A program made the position numbers and the translations under genes. From assembly GCA_034520885.1 (NCBI GenBank), contig JAXHNE010000009.1, positions 66,431 through 130,430 on the forward strand: a DNA stretch of 64,000 nucleotides, written 5' to 3'. Positions 35,579 to 44,531 of this stretch are shown in pieces. The stretch's first letter is position 1. Each line of letters starts with the position of its first letter. The stretch comes from Candidatus Saccharimonadota bacterium (GTDB taxonomy: Bacteria; Patescibacteriota; Saccharimonadia; Saccharimonadales; JAXHNE01). The notes beneath the pieces were generated by a model. The model was not told where the DNA came from, searched no databases, and saw only the letters and a list, made by a program, of their open reading frames with translations.

Positions 35579-36179
35579 CTAATTTACTAAGGATTTCTTT
35601 GGCAACCAGGTCTTTTTCTTGCATCCCGTTAATGTCAATAACCAGATTTTTTTGTCGATAGGTCTCAAGTACGGGCACCGTTTTTGTATTGTATTCCTGA
35701 AGCCGTACTTCAAGTTTGTGATGCGCGTCATCATCGGCCCGGGTGCCTCGATCACCCGAACCTCGCGAGGCTCGCCATCGCCGTTCAATTTCTTCGTCAT
35801 CAATTACGATATTTAGCACGGCTTTTATGGGATGACCGACATCTTTCGTGGCTTTCAAAACGCCACGTTCCTCCCCGCTCCACCTTCCGACCGAACTAAG
35901 CACCAATGGGGAGTCGGCGAATTTATCCTGGGCAAAGTAGGGCATCATAATACCGAGGTATTTTTCCGTGGGCGCCAGTTTCCCGGCGTCTATGTCTTCT
36001 TTGATTTCCGGGTCAGTAGAAGCCCGCATAATATCTCCCCCGCCAATTAGTCTAGCGTCTAGCTCGTAGGCAAGCTCCCTGGCGTGCGTATCCTTTCCGG
36101 CAAAAGGCTTCCCGAAAATATTAATCGAGCCTTTTTGCAGCCAATCTTTAATAGCGGATATTTGTTTTTCTCTGTCCAT
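35565..36179 (-). CDS. adenylate-kinase-like nucleotide kinase
   Basis: P-loop-like GKPFAGKDT, LIGGGDIMR; start moved to ATG 36179. Confidence 0.5.
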   Translation of the reverse strand: MDREKQISAIKDWLQKGSINIFGKPFAGKDTHARELAYELDARLIGGGDIMRASTDPEIKEDIDAGKLAPTEKYLGIMMPYFAQDKFADSPLVLSSVGRWSGEERGVLKATKDVGHPIKAVLNIVIDDEEIERRWRASRGSGDRGTRADDDAHHKLEVRLQEYNTKTVPVLETYRQKNLVIDINGMQEKDLVAKEILSKLANLA

Positions 36180-36216
36180 TGTCGAATTATAAAACAACGA
36201 ATACGGATCTTCAATA

Positions 36217-36243
36217 CTGGCACTCTTGATCTTTGAGTGCCAG
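36217..36243. promoter_or_regulatory. CIRCE-like operator upstream of hrcA
   Basis: ctGGCACTC-N9-GAGTGCCag perfect IR, overlapping TTGATC-17-TATAAT. Confidence 0.7.
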
Positions 36244-36264
36244 AAAGCTATAATGCAATGCAAT

Positions 36265-36972
36265 ATGACAGAGCGTCAAGCAAACATTCTCAAGGCGATT
36301 GTGGAGCAATACGCCGAAGTGGCCAGCCCCGTGGGGTCGAGTTTGCTTGCCAAGGTGTTCAATGTTTCTTCGGCGACGGTTCGTTCGGAGATGGCCGAAC
36401 TGGAACGACGGGGCTTTATTAAGCAACCGCACACCAGCGCGGGACGCATTCCTACCGACAAAGGATATCGCCACTACGTGAACGTGCTGGGCGAATCCAA
36501 AGAAGAAACGCACGATATTCGCGGCGAACGCGCACTGACCGCACGGGTGGAAAGCGCCGGAATGCCGGAACGCACTATCCGCAACGCGGTGGATACGCTC
36601 GTGGAGCTTACGCACAATTTGGGACTGGCGACTATCGGCAACCAGCTTTACATTAGCGGACTTTCCAACTTATTCGGCCAGCCGGAATTTATGCATAGCG
36701 GGCAGGTACAACAGGTCGCGAACTTACTTGATAATCTGGAACCGTGGTTACGAGAAGCCGCGCCGAATAAGCCGCTAAGTGTCTACATCGGAAGGGAAAA
36801 CCCCATTGGTCGCAGCGCTGGCTGCAGCCTGATTATCAGCCGGTTCCATAGCCCGTTTTCCGATCGAAGCTACATTGGGGTGCTCGGCCCCACCCGGCAA
36901 AGTTATCGTGACGTTATGAGTTTGGTAAAATACGCTGGGACAACCTTGGAGGAAGCTTTGTATGAGCAATGA
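36265..36972 (+). CDS. hrcA: heat-inducible transcription repressor HrcA (short form)
   Basis: MTERQANILKAIVEQY..VGSSLL..SSATVRSEMAELE wHTH; operon context with grpE/dnaK and CIRCE. Confidence 0.85.
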   Translation: MTERQANILKAIVEQYAEVASPVGSSLLAKVFNVSSATVRSEMAELERRGFIKQPHTSAGRIPTDKGYRHYVNVLGESKEETHDIRGERALTARVESAGMPERTIRNAVDTLVELTHNLGLATIGNQLYISGLSNLFGQPEFMHSGQVQQVANLLDNLEPWLREAAPNKPLSVYIGRENPIGRSAGCSLIISRFHSPFSDRSYIGVLGPTRQSYRDVMSLVKYAGTTLEEALYEQ

Positions 36973-37462
36973 CGGTAAAAAGCAAAAGGAAAAAGGCAAA
37001 AAGCGAGGCGATCAACGCGTTGAAGAGCTAGAACAACAGGTCGCGGAACTGACCGAAGCTCTGCAGCGGGAACGGGCCGACGCGGATAATGTCCGCCGCC
37101 GCGCCGAAGCCGATCGATCAAGCATGGCCGATTATCATAAATCCAAGGTCATCGAGCAGTTATTGCCAATCATTGATAATTTTGAACGTGCCCTAAAACA
37201 TACGCCAAACGATCTGAAAGGCAGCGACTATGTTAAAGGCGTGCAAGGTATCGTCAAGCAATTCGAAGCTACGCTCAAAGCCATTGGCGTAACGCGGATT
37301 GAAACGGTAGGCCAAGAATTTAACCCCGAGCTACACGAAGCCGTCAGCATGGAAGAAGGCGAGGGAGATAAAGAGGTCGTTAGTGAAGAACTGCAATCCG
37401 GATATCGTTTACATGATCAGGTGGTTCGCCCCGCAATGGTAAAGGTGAAACCAATAAAGTAA
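36962..37462 (+). CDS. grpE: nucleotide exchange factor GrpE
   Basis: coiled-coil N-terminus, LLPIIDNFERAL, HEAV..., RPAMVKV. Confidence 0.9.
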   Translation: MSNDGKKQKEKGKKRGDQRVEELEQQVAELTEALQRERADADNVRRRAEADRSSMADYHKSKVIEQLLPIIDNFERALKHTPNDLKGSDYVKGVQGIVKQFEATLKAIGVTRIETVGQEFNPELHEAVSMEEGEGDKEVVSEELQSGYRLHDQVVRPAMVKVKPIK

Positions 37463-37782
37463 TGCAACGCTTTTTAATGAGAATAAACCAAGAAACCTTC
37501 TCTCCGTGCGAAGGCTGTGCCATGGGAGAGTATTGCACGGACGTGGGCGAAGCTGAATCAAGGGATATTCACATTGCCGTAGGCAAAATGATGACAGCGG
37601 CCGCAAATGATCCCACTCTTCGCAAGAAGGGTAATGAATTTCATCCGCAAGTAAGGCGGATGACGGAAAACCATGATTTGCCCGTAGAAATTTCGGGAAA
37701 GCTGTGGAAATGCGCAACCGAAAGACTCAGGGATCCGACTTCTTGCGATTCCGTTCACACGGTTAATTCGGATTTGGTTTAA
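37462..37782 (+). CDS. hypothetical Cys-containing protein in the heat-shock operon
   Basis: 106-aa ORF, TAATG overlap with the grpE stop. Confidence 0.45.
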   Translation: MQRFLMRINQETFSPCEGCAMGEYCTDVGEAESRDIHIAVGKMMTAAANDPTLRKKGNEFHPQVRRMTENHDLPVEISGKLWKCATERLRDPTSCDSVHTVNSDLV

Positions 37783-37795
37783 TAAACCAAATTTA

Positions 37796-37822
37796 TTAGC
37801 ACTCTTGACACTAGACTGCTAA
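37796..37822. promoter_or_regulatory. CIRCE operator 1 upstream of dnaK
   Basis: TTAGCACTC-N9-GACTGCTAA (1 mismatch); TTGACA inside the spacer. Confidence 0.8.
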
Positions 37823-37843
37823 TTTAGATATGCTACAATTGTT

Positions 37844-37870
37844 CTAGCACTCACCAAACAACAGTGCTAA
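37844..37870. promoter_or_regulatory. CIRCE operator 2 upstream of dnaK
   Basis: cTAGCACTC-N9-cAGTGCTAA. Confidence 0.75.
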
Positions 37871-37919
37871 TTTACGGAATATAATCATTAAAAATTAGTC
37901 TTAATGTCATCGCAGATGT

Positions 37920-38017
37920 TTGCATCTGGATGCAGCGCAAGGAAAAGTGCGCCTCGAAGCGAGATGTATTACTGATACATTGAGCGAGAAGCGTAAACTT
38001 TGACGCAGCGATGCGCC
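37920..38017 (+). repeat. dnaK 5'-leader element, paralog of 53815-53912
   Basis: blocks ttgcatctggatgcagc and tgacgcagcgatgcgcc at the same 81-nt spacing as in the yebC leader. Confidence 0.6.
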
Positions 38018-38091
38018 AGAAGCAATTTGTGGGGTTATTTGTCCTCACGAATAAGCAGACAAATTGCGGTGCGGACATCTGGAGGATAAAA

Positions 38092-40032
38092 GTGGGTAAA
38101 ATCATAGGAATTGACTTAGGTACTACTAACTCGGCCATGGCCGTCATGCAATCCGGCCAAGCGGAAATTATTGCCAATAAAGAGGGCAACCGAACTACGC
38201 CGAGCGTGGTCGCGCTTAATAAAAACAACGAACGCTTGGTCGGGCAGGTCGCGCGCCGCCAACAGGTAACTAACCCGACGAACACCATTTATGAGGTCAA
38301 ACGGCTTATCGGACGCGACTTTAAAGACGAAGAAGTGCAACGTGACATAAAACTTATGGGGTACGACATTGTCAAAAGCGGCCAGGGCGTAAAGGTAAAG
38401 ATGGGCGACAAACAATACAGCCCCGAAGAAATCAGCGCCATGATACTTGGTAAGCTAAAAGCCGATGCCGAGGCTTTCCTGGGTGACAAGGTGACCGAAG
38501 CGGTAATCACCGTGCCGGCCTATTTTGACGATTCGCAGCGCCAGGCCACCAAAGACGCCGGTAAAATTGCCGGATTGGAAGTAAAACGTATTATTAACGA
38601 ACCGACCGCCGCCGCGCTGGCATACGGTTTGGACAAAGAAAAGGCCGATGAAAAAATCGCGGTGTTCGACCTTGGTGGCGGTACCTTCGATATCTCCATC
38701 CTGGAACTCGGTGACGGCGTGTTCGAGGTTAAAAGCACCAACGGTGATACTCACTTAGGTGGTGCGGACTTTGACCGCGTATTGGTCAACCACTTTGCCG
38801 ACGAGTTCAAAAAAGAACACGGCTTGGATATTTCCGACGACAAAGCGGCCATGCAGCGTTTGCGCGATGAAGCCGAAAAAGCCAAGATTGAGCTGTCCAC
38901 CGCACAAGAAGTTGACGTGAACCTCCCGTTCTTGACCGCGGATGCCGACGGCCCGAAACACTTCGAATACAAACTGACCCGTGCCAAACTGGAAGGTTTG
39001 GTCGGAGAACTGGTTGATAAAACCGCCGGTCCGTGCGAAAAGGCGCTCAAAGACGCCGGCGTAAAATCCAGTGACATTGACGCGGTGGTGTTGGTCGGTG
39101 GTATGACCCGCATGCCCGCCGTACAGGAAAAGGTAAAGAAGATTTTTGGCAAAGACCCCATGCAGGGGGTTAACCCGGACGAGGTCGTGGCCATTGGCGC
39201 GGCCATTCAAGGGGGCGTATTGCAGGGTGACGTTAAAGACGTGCTGCTGCTGGACGTAACACCGCTTTCTTTGGGTATCGAAACGCTTGGCAGTGTTACC
39301 AATAAGCTGATTGAACGCAACACCACCATCCCGACCAGTAAGAGCCAAATCTACTCCACGGCCGCGGACAATCAGTCCCAAGTGGAAATTCACGTACTGC
39401 AAGGAGAACGCGAAATGGTGGCCGACAACAAGTCGCTCGGCCGGTTCGTGCTGGACGGTATTCCGCCTGCCCCGCGCGGTGTCCCGCAGATTGAAGTCAC
39501 CTTTAACCTTGACGCCAACGGTATTTTGAACGTTTCGGCTAAGGACAAGGGGTCCGGCAAAGAACAATCCATTACCATTCAAAACAGCGGTAATTTGGAC
39601 AAGAATGAGGTGGAAAAGATGGCCAAGGACGCCGAAGCCCACGCCGAAGAAGACAAGAGAAAGCGTGAAGCCATTGAAGCCCGCAACCAGCTCGACAGCG
39701 CCGTGTACCAAGCCGAAAAGCTGAAAAGTGATAGCAAAGACAAGCTCAGCGACGAAGACCAAAAGACTATCGACGAAGCCGCTGAGGCGGCCAAGAAGGT
39801 CGTCGCTGACGACAAAGCCGACAAAGAGGCGTTGGAAGCGGCCGCCAAGGAGCTTAACGATAAGATTATGCCTATCGGTGCCAAACTTTATGAATCGGCA
39901 TCCGCTGATTCGGAGCAAGGAGAGAACGCCAAAACCAACGGCGAGGAAGACACCCAAGAAGGTGAAGTCGTCGACGATGACTCCGATAAGAATTCCGAGA
40001 GTTCTGACGGGGCAAGCGACAAGAAAAAATAG
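38092..40032 (+). CDS. dnaK: molecular chaperone DnaK (Hsp70)
   Basis: [21 protein letters not shown], full Hsp70 colinearity; GTG start after ggagga. Confidence 0.97.
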   Translation: MGKIIGIDLGTTNSAMAVMQSGQAEIIANKEGNRTTPSVVALNKNNERLVGQVARRQQVTNPTNTIYEVKRLIGRDFKDEEVQRDIKLMGYDIVKSGQGVKVKMGDKQYSPEEISAMILGKLKADAEAFLGDKVTEAVITVPAYFDDSQRQATKDAGKIAGLEVKRIINEPTAAALAYGLDKEKADEKIAVFDLGGGTFDISILELGDGVFEVKSTNGDTHLGGADFDRVLVNHFADEFKKEHGLDISDDKAAMQRLRDEAEKAKIELSTAQEVDVNLPFLTADADGPKHFEYKLTRAKLEGLVGELVDKTAGPCEKALKDAGVKSSDIDAVVLVGGMTRMPAVQEKVKKIFGKDPMQGVNPDEVVAIGAAIQGGVLQGDVKDVLLLDVTPLSLGIETLGSVTNKLIERNTTIPTSKSQIYSTAADNQSQVEIHVLQGEREMVADNKSLGRFVLDGIPPAPRGVPQIEVTFNLDANGILNVSAKDKGSGKEQSITIQNSGNLDKNEVEKMAKDAEAHAEEDKRKREAIEARNQLDSAVYQAEKLKSDSKDKLSDEDQKTIDEAAEAAKKVVADDKADKEALEAAAKELNDKIMPIGAKLYESASADSEQGENAKTNGEEDTQEGEVVDDDSDKNSESSDGASDKKK

Positions 40033-40053
40033 CTCCTCAGTGGCTACCGCTAG

Positions 40054-40095
40054 CAACCCGCGCTACGCATAGGTAGCGTGGGTTGTTTCTTTGGG
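40054..40095 (+). terminator. intrinsic terminator after dnaK
   Basis: 13-bp stem caacccgcgctac/gtagcgtgggttg then T-rich tail. Confidence 0.8.
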
Positions 40096-40234
40096 TTTTA
40101 TTAGTTGCTTTTAATAAGCGGCCTTAAGGCGCCGTGTAACCGTATTTATATAACTTCTTATTAAAAATTTAATTTAAATTTAATTTAAATTAAATTTTCA
40201 CATTCCGCGGTGCGTAAGCGCTATACTACTTGGT

Positions 40235-41770
40235 ATGACGCAGCGCCAAGCACTCGCAATTTTGGACGGAGGATACTCCGTATTTTTAACCGGTCCGGCC
40301 GGGTCGGGGAAAACCCACGTATTGCGTGAATTCATTCGGGAGGCGCGTGATAACGGCAAGTCGGTGGCGGTAACCGCTTCTACCGGTTTGGCGGCCACGC
40401 ACTTAAGCGGCAACACCATTCACTCCTGGGCGGGTATCGGAATCGCTGACGAGCTGCAAACCCGAACCGTTCGTGACATGAGCAAATCTCGCCGGGAACA
40501 AATCAACAAAGCCGACGTGTTAATCATTGACGAAGTCTCCATGCTGCATGACTTTCGTTTGGATATGGTGGATCAAGTCTGCCAAAAAATTCGGGAAAGC
40601 CAGGAGCCTTTCGGGGGCTTGCAAGTGGTACTGTCCGGGGATTTTTATCAACTGCCTCCCGTTAATAGGTCCGAGGCAAAACACGGCGGATTCGTGGTGG
40701 AATCCGAGGCCTGGGATGCTTTGGAGCCCGTGGTGTGCTATCTTTCCGAACAACACAGGCAGCGTGATGACCCCCTCCTGGAAATTTTATCCGCATTGCG
40801 GGCAAATGATTTACGCCGCCGCCATGCGGAAGCGTTGCTGGCCCGAAAAACGGCCCGTACTCCGTTTGACGACCCGGTCACCGAGCTTTACACCAAAAAC
40901 ATCAACGTGGACAGCGTGAACCGATCCAGGCTGGAAGCCATGGACGGCGAGGTGCACGAATACGAAATGACGAGCACGGGACGAAAAGGCGGCGTAGAGT
41001 CGCTGAAAAAATCCTGTCTCGCTCCGGAAACACTGCGGCTAAAACAAGGAGCGTTCGTGATGTTCGTAAAAAATTCCCAGAACAAAACGTACGTGAACGG
41101 CACACTCGGCACGGTTGTGGGTTTTGAGGACGACGAAGACGAGCTCCCTATCGTAGAAACCAAAAACGGCCGGAAAATAACCGTGGAACCCGACACTTGG
41201 GAACTGCGCGACGGTGAAAAAAAGATCGCGAGTATTTCGCAGCTACCCCTAAGATTAGCTTGGGCGATTACCGTTCATAAAAGCCAAGGCATGACCCTGG
41301 ATGCCGCCCACATTGATCTGGGCAACGCTTTTGTGCCGGGCATGGGCTACGTGGCGCTTTCACGCGTGAAGAGCTTGGATACGCTGACCCTGGCCGGATT
41401 GAATAAAGTAGCCCTACAGCTGGACGAAGCCGCTCACCGTATTGATGAAGACTTGCGGAAACGATCCAAAACGCACCAAGAACGGCACGCCCACCTGGAA
41501 GAAGCGTACGAGAAAAAACGAGCAAAAAAGGCCAAAAAACCAAAGAAAAAGAGCGCAAGCTGGCAAGAAAAAATTGAAAAAATGCGCCAAGAATACCCCA
41601 ATGCCTATAAACCCTGGAAAAAGTTGGAAGACAAAACGTTACTAGAAGCGTGGGCGGAAGGCAAGACGGTCAAGCAGTTGAGTGCGCAAATGGGGCGGCA
41701 CACCGGATCCATCCGCGCCCGCCTAAAAAAGCATTTGGGTGACGACCTTTTCGCAAAAAATGGGAGGTAG
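40235..41770 (+). CDS. PIF1/RecD-family ATP-dependent DNA helicase with basic C-terminal tail
   Basis: GPAGSGKTHVL, IDEVSML, LSGDFYQLPPV, ITVHKSQGMTLD; TATACT ends 7 nt before ATG. Confidence 0.88.
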   Translation: MTQRQALAILDGGYSVFLTGPAGSGKTHVLREFIREARDNGKSVAVTASTGLAATHLSGNTIHSWAGIGIADELQTRTVRDMSKSRREQINKADVLIIDEVSMLHDFRLDMVDQVCQKIRESQEPFGGLQVVLSGDFYQLPPVNRSEAKHGGFVVESEAWDALEPVVCYLSEQHRQRDDPLLEILSALRANDLRRRHAEALLARKTARTPFDDPVTELYTKNINVDSVNRSRLEAMDGEVHEYEMTSTGRKGGVESLKKSCLAPETLRLKQGAFVMFVKNSQNKTYVNGTLGTVVGFEDDEDELPIVETKNGRKITVEPDTWELRDGEKKIASISQLPLRLAWAITVHKSQGMTLDAAHIDLGNAFVPGMGYVALSRVKSLDTLTLAGLNKVALQLDEAAHRIDEDLRKRSKTHQERHAHLEEAYEKKRAKKAKKPKKKSASWQEKIEKMRQEYPNAYKPWKKLEDKTLLEAWAEGKTVKQLSAQMGRHTGSIRARLKKHLGDDLFAKNGR

Positions 41771-41919
41771 GACCAGTATTTAGTAAGGGCTAAATGTATC
41801 TGGTATGCGGCAAGCGGATTCTATGAGCGAATCTCGAAGAGATGCGTAAACCGATCCAGGCTTGCTTCCGAATACGAGGTACGATCCACGAGACGAAAAA
41901 AGATCTACTATGAGAGTGC

Positions 41920-42969
41920 TTGGGTGTCTCCAAAGACGCCAGCGCCGATGAGCTAAAAAAGGCTTATCGAAAACAGGCGGTAAAATACCACCCCGACAAA
42001 GAAGGCGGTGACGAAGCCAAGTTCAAAGAAGCCAGCGAAGCCTACGAAGTCTTAAAAGACCCCGGTAAACGACAGCGTTACGACCAATTCGGCCACGCCG
42101 GCGTTGGCGGAAACGGCGGCGGTGGTGGCAATCCGTTCGAAGGATTCAGTGGTTTTGGCGGCCAAGGCCAAAACGTCAATTTTGATTTCGGCGATCTAGG
42201 CTTAGGCGACATTTTCGACAGTTTTTTCGGTGGTGGCCGATCACAAAAACGTTCCTCTAAGGGGCGGGACGTGGAAACCGACGTGGAGATCAGCTTTGAA
42301 GAGGCGGTGTTCGGCACGGAAATAGACGTCAAGCTGAACTTGCATGACCAATGCTCGCACTGCAACGGATCTACCGCTGAACCCGGACATGAGCTGAAGA
42401 CGTGCGACCAGTGCAAAGGAAGCGGACAGGTGGTAAAAGTGATGCGCACTGTTTTCGGTAATATCCAACAGGCCGCGGTATGCCCCAAATGTGACGGAAA
42501 AGGCAAGATTCCGGAAAAAGTCTGTAGTAACTGCAAGGGCAGTGGCACGGAACGTAAAAAACAAGCCATTGGCTTAAAAATTCCCGCCGGCATTGACGAC
42601 GGCGCGACCATTCGCCTGCGCGAACACGGCGAAGCCATCGCCAACGGCCCGAAAGGCGATTTGTACGTGAACGTACGCGTGAAAGCCCACAAAAAATTCA
42701 CGCGCGAAGGGGATTTAATTTTATCCGAAGAACACGTGGACATGATTGAAGCGGCACTCGGCACGGAAATAGAAGTAGAAACCGTGGACGGGCCGGTTAC
42801 CATGAAAGTCCCCGCCGGCACGCAAAGCGGAACTGATTTTAAACTGAGTGGTCACGGCGTGACGCATATGCGCCGCGATACGCGCGGAGCGCATATCGTT
42901 ACCATCGTGGTGGATACTCCGACCAAACTCACCAAAAAACAGAAGAAACTGCTCCAAGAATTTAAGTGA
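41920..42969 (+). CDS. dnaJ: molecular chaperone DnaJ (5' end eroded; TTG start gives a J domain lacking the DYYEVL segment)
   Basis: HPD J-domain, G/F region, four CxxCxGxG zinc repeats, C-terminal domains. Confidence 0.85.
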   Translation: MGVSKDASADELKKAYRKQAVKYHPDKEGGDEAKFKEASEAYEVLKDPGKRQRYDQFGHAGVGGNGGGGGNPFEGFSGFGGQGQNVNFDFGDLGLGDIFDSFFGGGRSQKRSSKGRDVETDVEISFEEAVFGTEIDVKLNLHDQCSHCNGSTAEPGHELKTCDQCKGSGQVVKVMRTVFGNIQQAAVCPKCDGKGKIPEKVCSNCKGSGTERKKQAIGLKIPAGIDDGATIRLREHGEAIANGPKGDLYVNVRVKAHKKFTREGDLILSEEHVDMIEAALGTEIEVETVDGPVTMKVPAGTQSGTDFKLSGHGVTHMRRDTRGAHIVTIVVDTPTKLTKKQKKLLQEFK

Positions 42970-43002
42970 ACATATATTCATAACTGCTAAAATAGGGTGG
43001 AA

Positions 43003-43137
43003 ATGAAAAAAAGAAACTACTCCCCGATTACGAATGACCGAAGTGGGTTCGTTACCTTGGTCATCGCGTTGTTGGTTCTGTTGGTAGCCGCAGTTATTTT
43101 CGTTTTTTTACGGATCCAAGGGGCGCAGGGGTTGTAA
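43003..43137 (+). CDS. 44-aa single-TM small protein, hypothetical
   Basis: MKKRNYSPITNDRSGFVTLVIALLVLLVAAVIFVFLRIQGAQGL; below the ORF-track cutoff. Confidence 0.4.
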   Translation: MKKRNYSPITNDRSGFVTLVIALLVLLVAAVIFVFLRIQGAQGL

Positions 43138-43169
43138 AAATAACATAGTGGTGGTATAATTTATTTATT

Positions 43170-43607
43170 ATGGGCAAGAAGACCATTCTCGTTGACGAGA
43201 CGAAAATTCTGGGATCGACCGAAATCGTAAGTTTTCCGGGATTTCAGGCCATTGGCGAAATTGAGGCCAAGATCGACACCGGTGCTTATACCGGCGCTTT
43301 GCATTGTACCGAGATACACCTGGCGGACGACGAAGACGGCAAAGAAGAGTTGCGTTTTTCGCCATTCGATCACCCGGAAATCGAGATGAAGACCGATGAT
43401 TTTACCACCGGAGCGGATGCCGAAAGCAGCAACGGCGAAGAACAAGAGCGGTTTTTCATTAATACGCGCATTAATATTGGCGGCCGAACACTGCCGATCA
43501 CCCTCACGCTTGCCAACAGGGCCGAAATGACCCGGGACGTACTGATAGGCAGGCGTTTTTTGGCGGAATACGGTTTTTTAGTTGACGTTAGCAAGGGCGG
43601 ACAGTAA
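43170..43607 (+). CDS. RimB-like retropepsin-type putative protease (DUF785)
   Basis: EAKIDTGAYTGALH motif, position directly upstream of rimK. Confidence 0.75.
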   Translation: MGKKTILVDETKILGSTEIVSFPGFQAIGEIEAKIDTGAYTGALHCTEIHLADDEDGKEELRFSPFDHPEIEMKTDDFTTGADAESSNGEEQERFFINTRINIGGRTLPITLTLANRAEMTRDVLIGRRFLAEYGFLVDVSKGGQ

Positions 43608-43616
43608 GGTGACGTT

Positions 43617-44531
43617 ATGCGAGTAGTAATTCTTTCCAAGGGACCGGGTAATTATTCCACCAAGCGCTTAAAAGAAGAAGCGTTGAATCGCGGCCATGAA
43701 GTGGAGGTCGTGGATTACAGCAAGTGTTTCGCCACGATTGAAAAAAATAACCCGGTAGTAAATCACGAAGGAAAAGACTTGAACAAAGTTGACGTGATTA
43801 TTCCTCGTATCGGGTCTTCCTACACCAGGTACGGAAGCGCTATCGTGCGCCAGTTCGAAATGCGCGGGGTGTATACCACCACCAGCTCCATCGCGCTGGT
43901 ACGCTCACGAGACAAGCTGCGTAGTTTGCAGTTGTTATCAAGAGCCGGTATTGGAATCCCCAAAACCGTGTTTTCCCGTGGCGTCACCGACAGCCTGGAC
44001 GATTTGATTGAAGACCTTGGCGGGACGCCGGTCGTCATAAAATTAGCCCGTGGTACGCATGGGAACGGGGTGGTTCTGGCCGAAACCAAGAAATCCACCA
44101 AGTCGGTACTGCAATCGTTTTACGTCATGGATGATGACGGCACCAACATTTTACTGCAGGAATTCATAAAAGAGTCGGCCGGCGAGGACGTGCGAGCTTT
44201 CGTGGTCGGCGGTAAAGTGGTGGCCAGCATGAAGCGCCAAAGCCTGGATGATGATTTTCGCTCCAACTTGCATCAAGGTGGCGAAGGAACGGTTGTTAAA
44301 TTAACTGATGAAGAACGAAAAACCGCGACCCGGGCGGCAAAAGCCATGGGACTTTCCATTTGCGGTGTGGACATGATGCGTTCCAGGCGCGGTCCGCTCA
44401 TATTGGAAGTGAACGCCAGCCCGGGATTCGGCATTGAAAAGGTGACCGGTCGTAACGTGGCGGGCAAAATTTTGGATTACGTGGAACAAAATGCCAAGGG
44501 CAAGCGTAAAAAAGACCGTGTCGGCGCGTAA
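43617..44531 (+). CDS. rimK: RimK family alpha-L-glutamate ligase (ATP-grasp)
   Basis: ATP-grasp pattern incl. VVIKLARGTHGNGV, LLQEFI, EVNASPG. Confidence 0.88.
   Translation: MRVVILSKGPGNYSTKRLKEEALNRGHEVEVVDYSKCFATIEKNNPVVNHEGKDLNKVDVIIPRIGSSYTRYGSAIVRQFEMRGVYTTTSSIALVRSRDKLRSLQLLSRAGIGIPKTVFSRGVTDSLDDLIEDLGGTPVVIKLARGTHGNGVVLAETKKSTKSVLQSFYVMDDDGTNILLQEFIKESAGEDVRAFVVGGKVVASMKRQSLDDDFRSNLHQGGEGTVVKLTDEERKTATRAAKAMGLSICGVDMMRSRRGPLILEVNASPGFGIEKVTGRNVAGKILDYVEQNAKGKRKKDRVGA

Noticed and set aside
38755-40056. 433-aa ORF antisense to dnaK, and many other long antisense ORFs in ftsH, guaA, dnaJ, pilB and the DEAD helicase
   Set aside because: They fully overlap strongly supported genes. They have low-complexity or odd composition and no start signals. 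This is typical of antisense frames in GC-richer genes.
41911-41913. In-frame TGA upstream of dnaJ as evidence for TGA recoding (genetic code 25/4)
   Set aside because: TGA clearly terminates full-length conserved genes here (for example ruvA at 56344-56346, and ORF 1560-1853 with an ATGA overlap). Reading through would also give an aberrant J-domain (DLLxECLGV).
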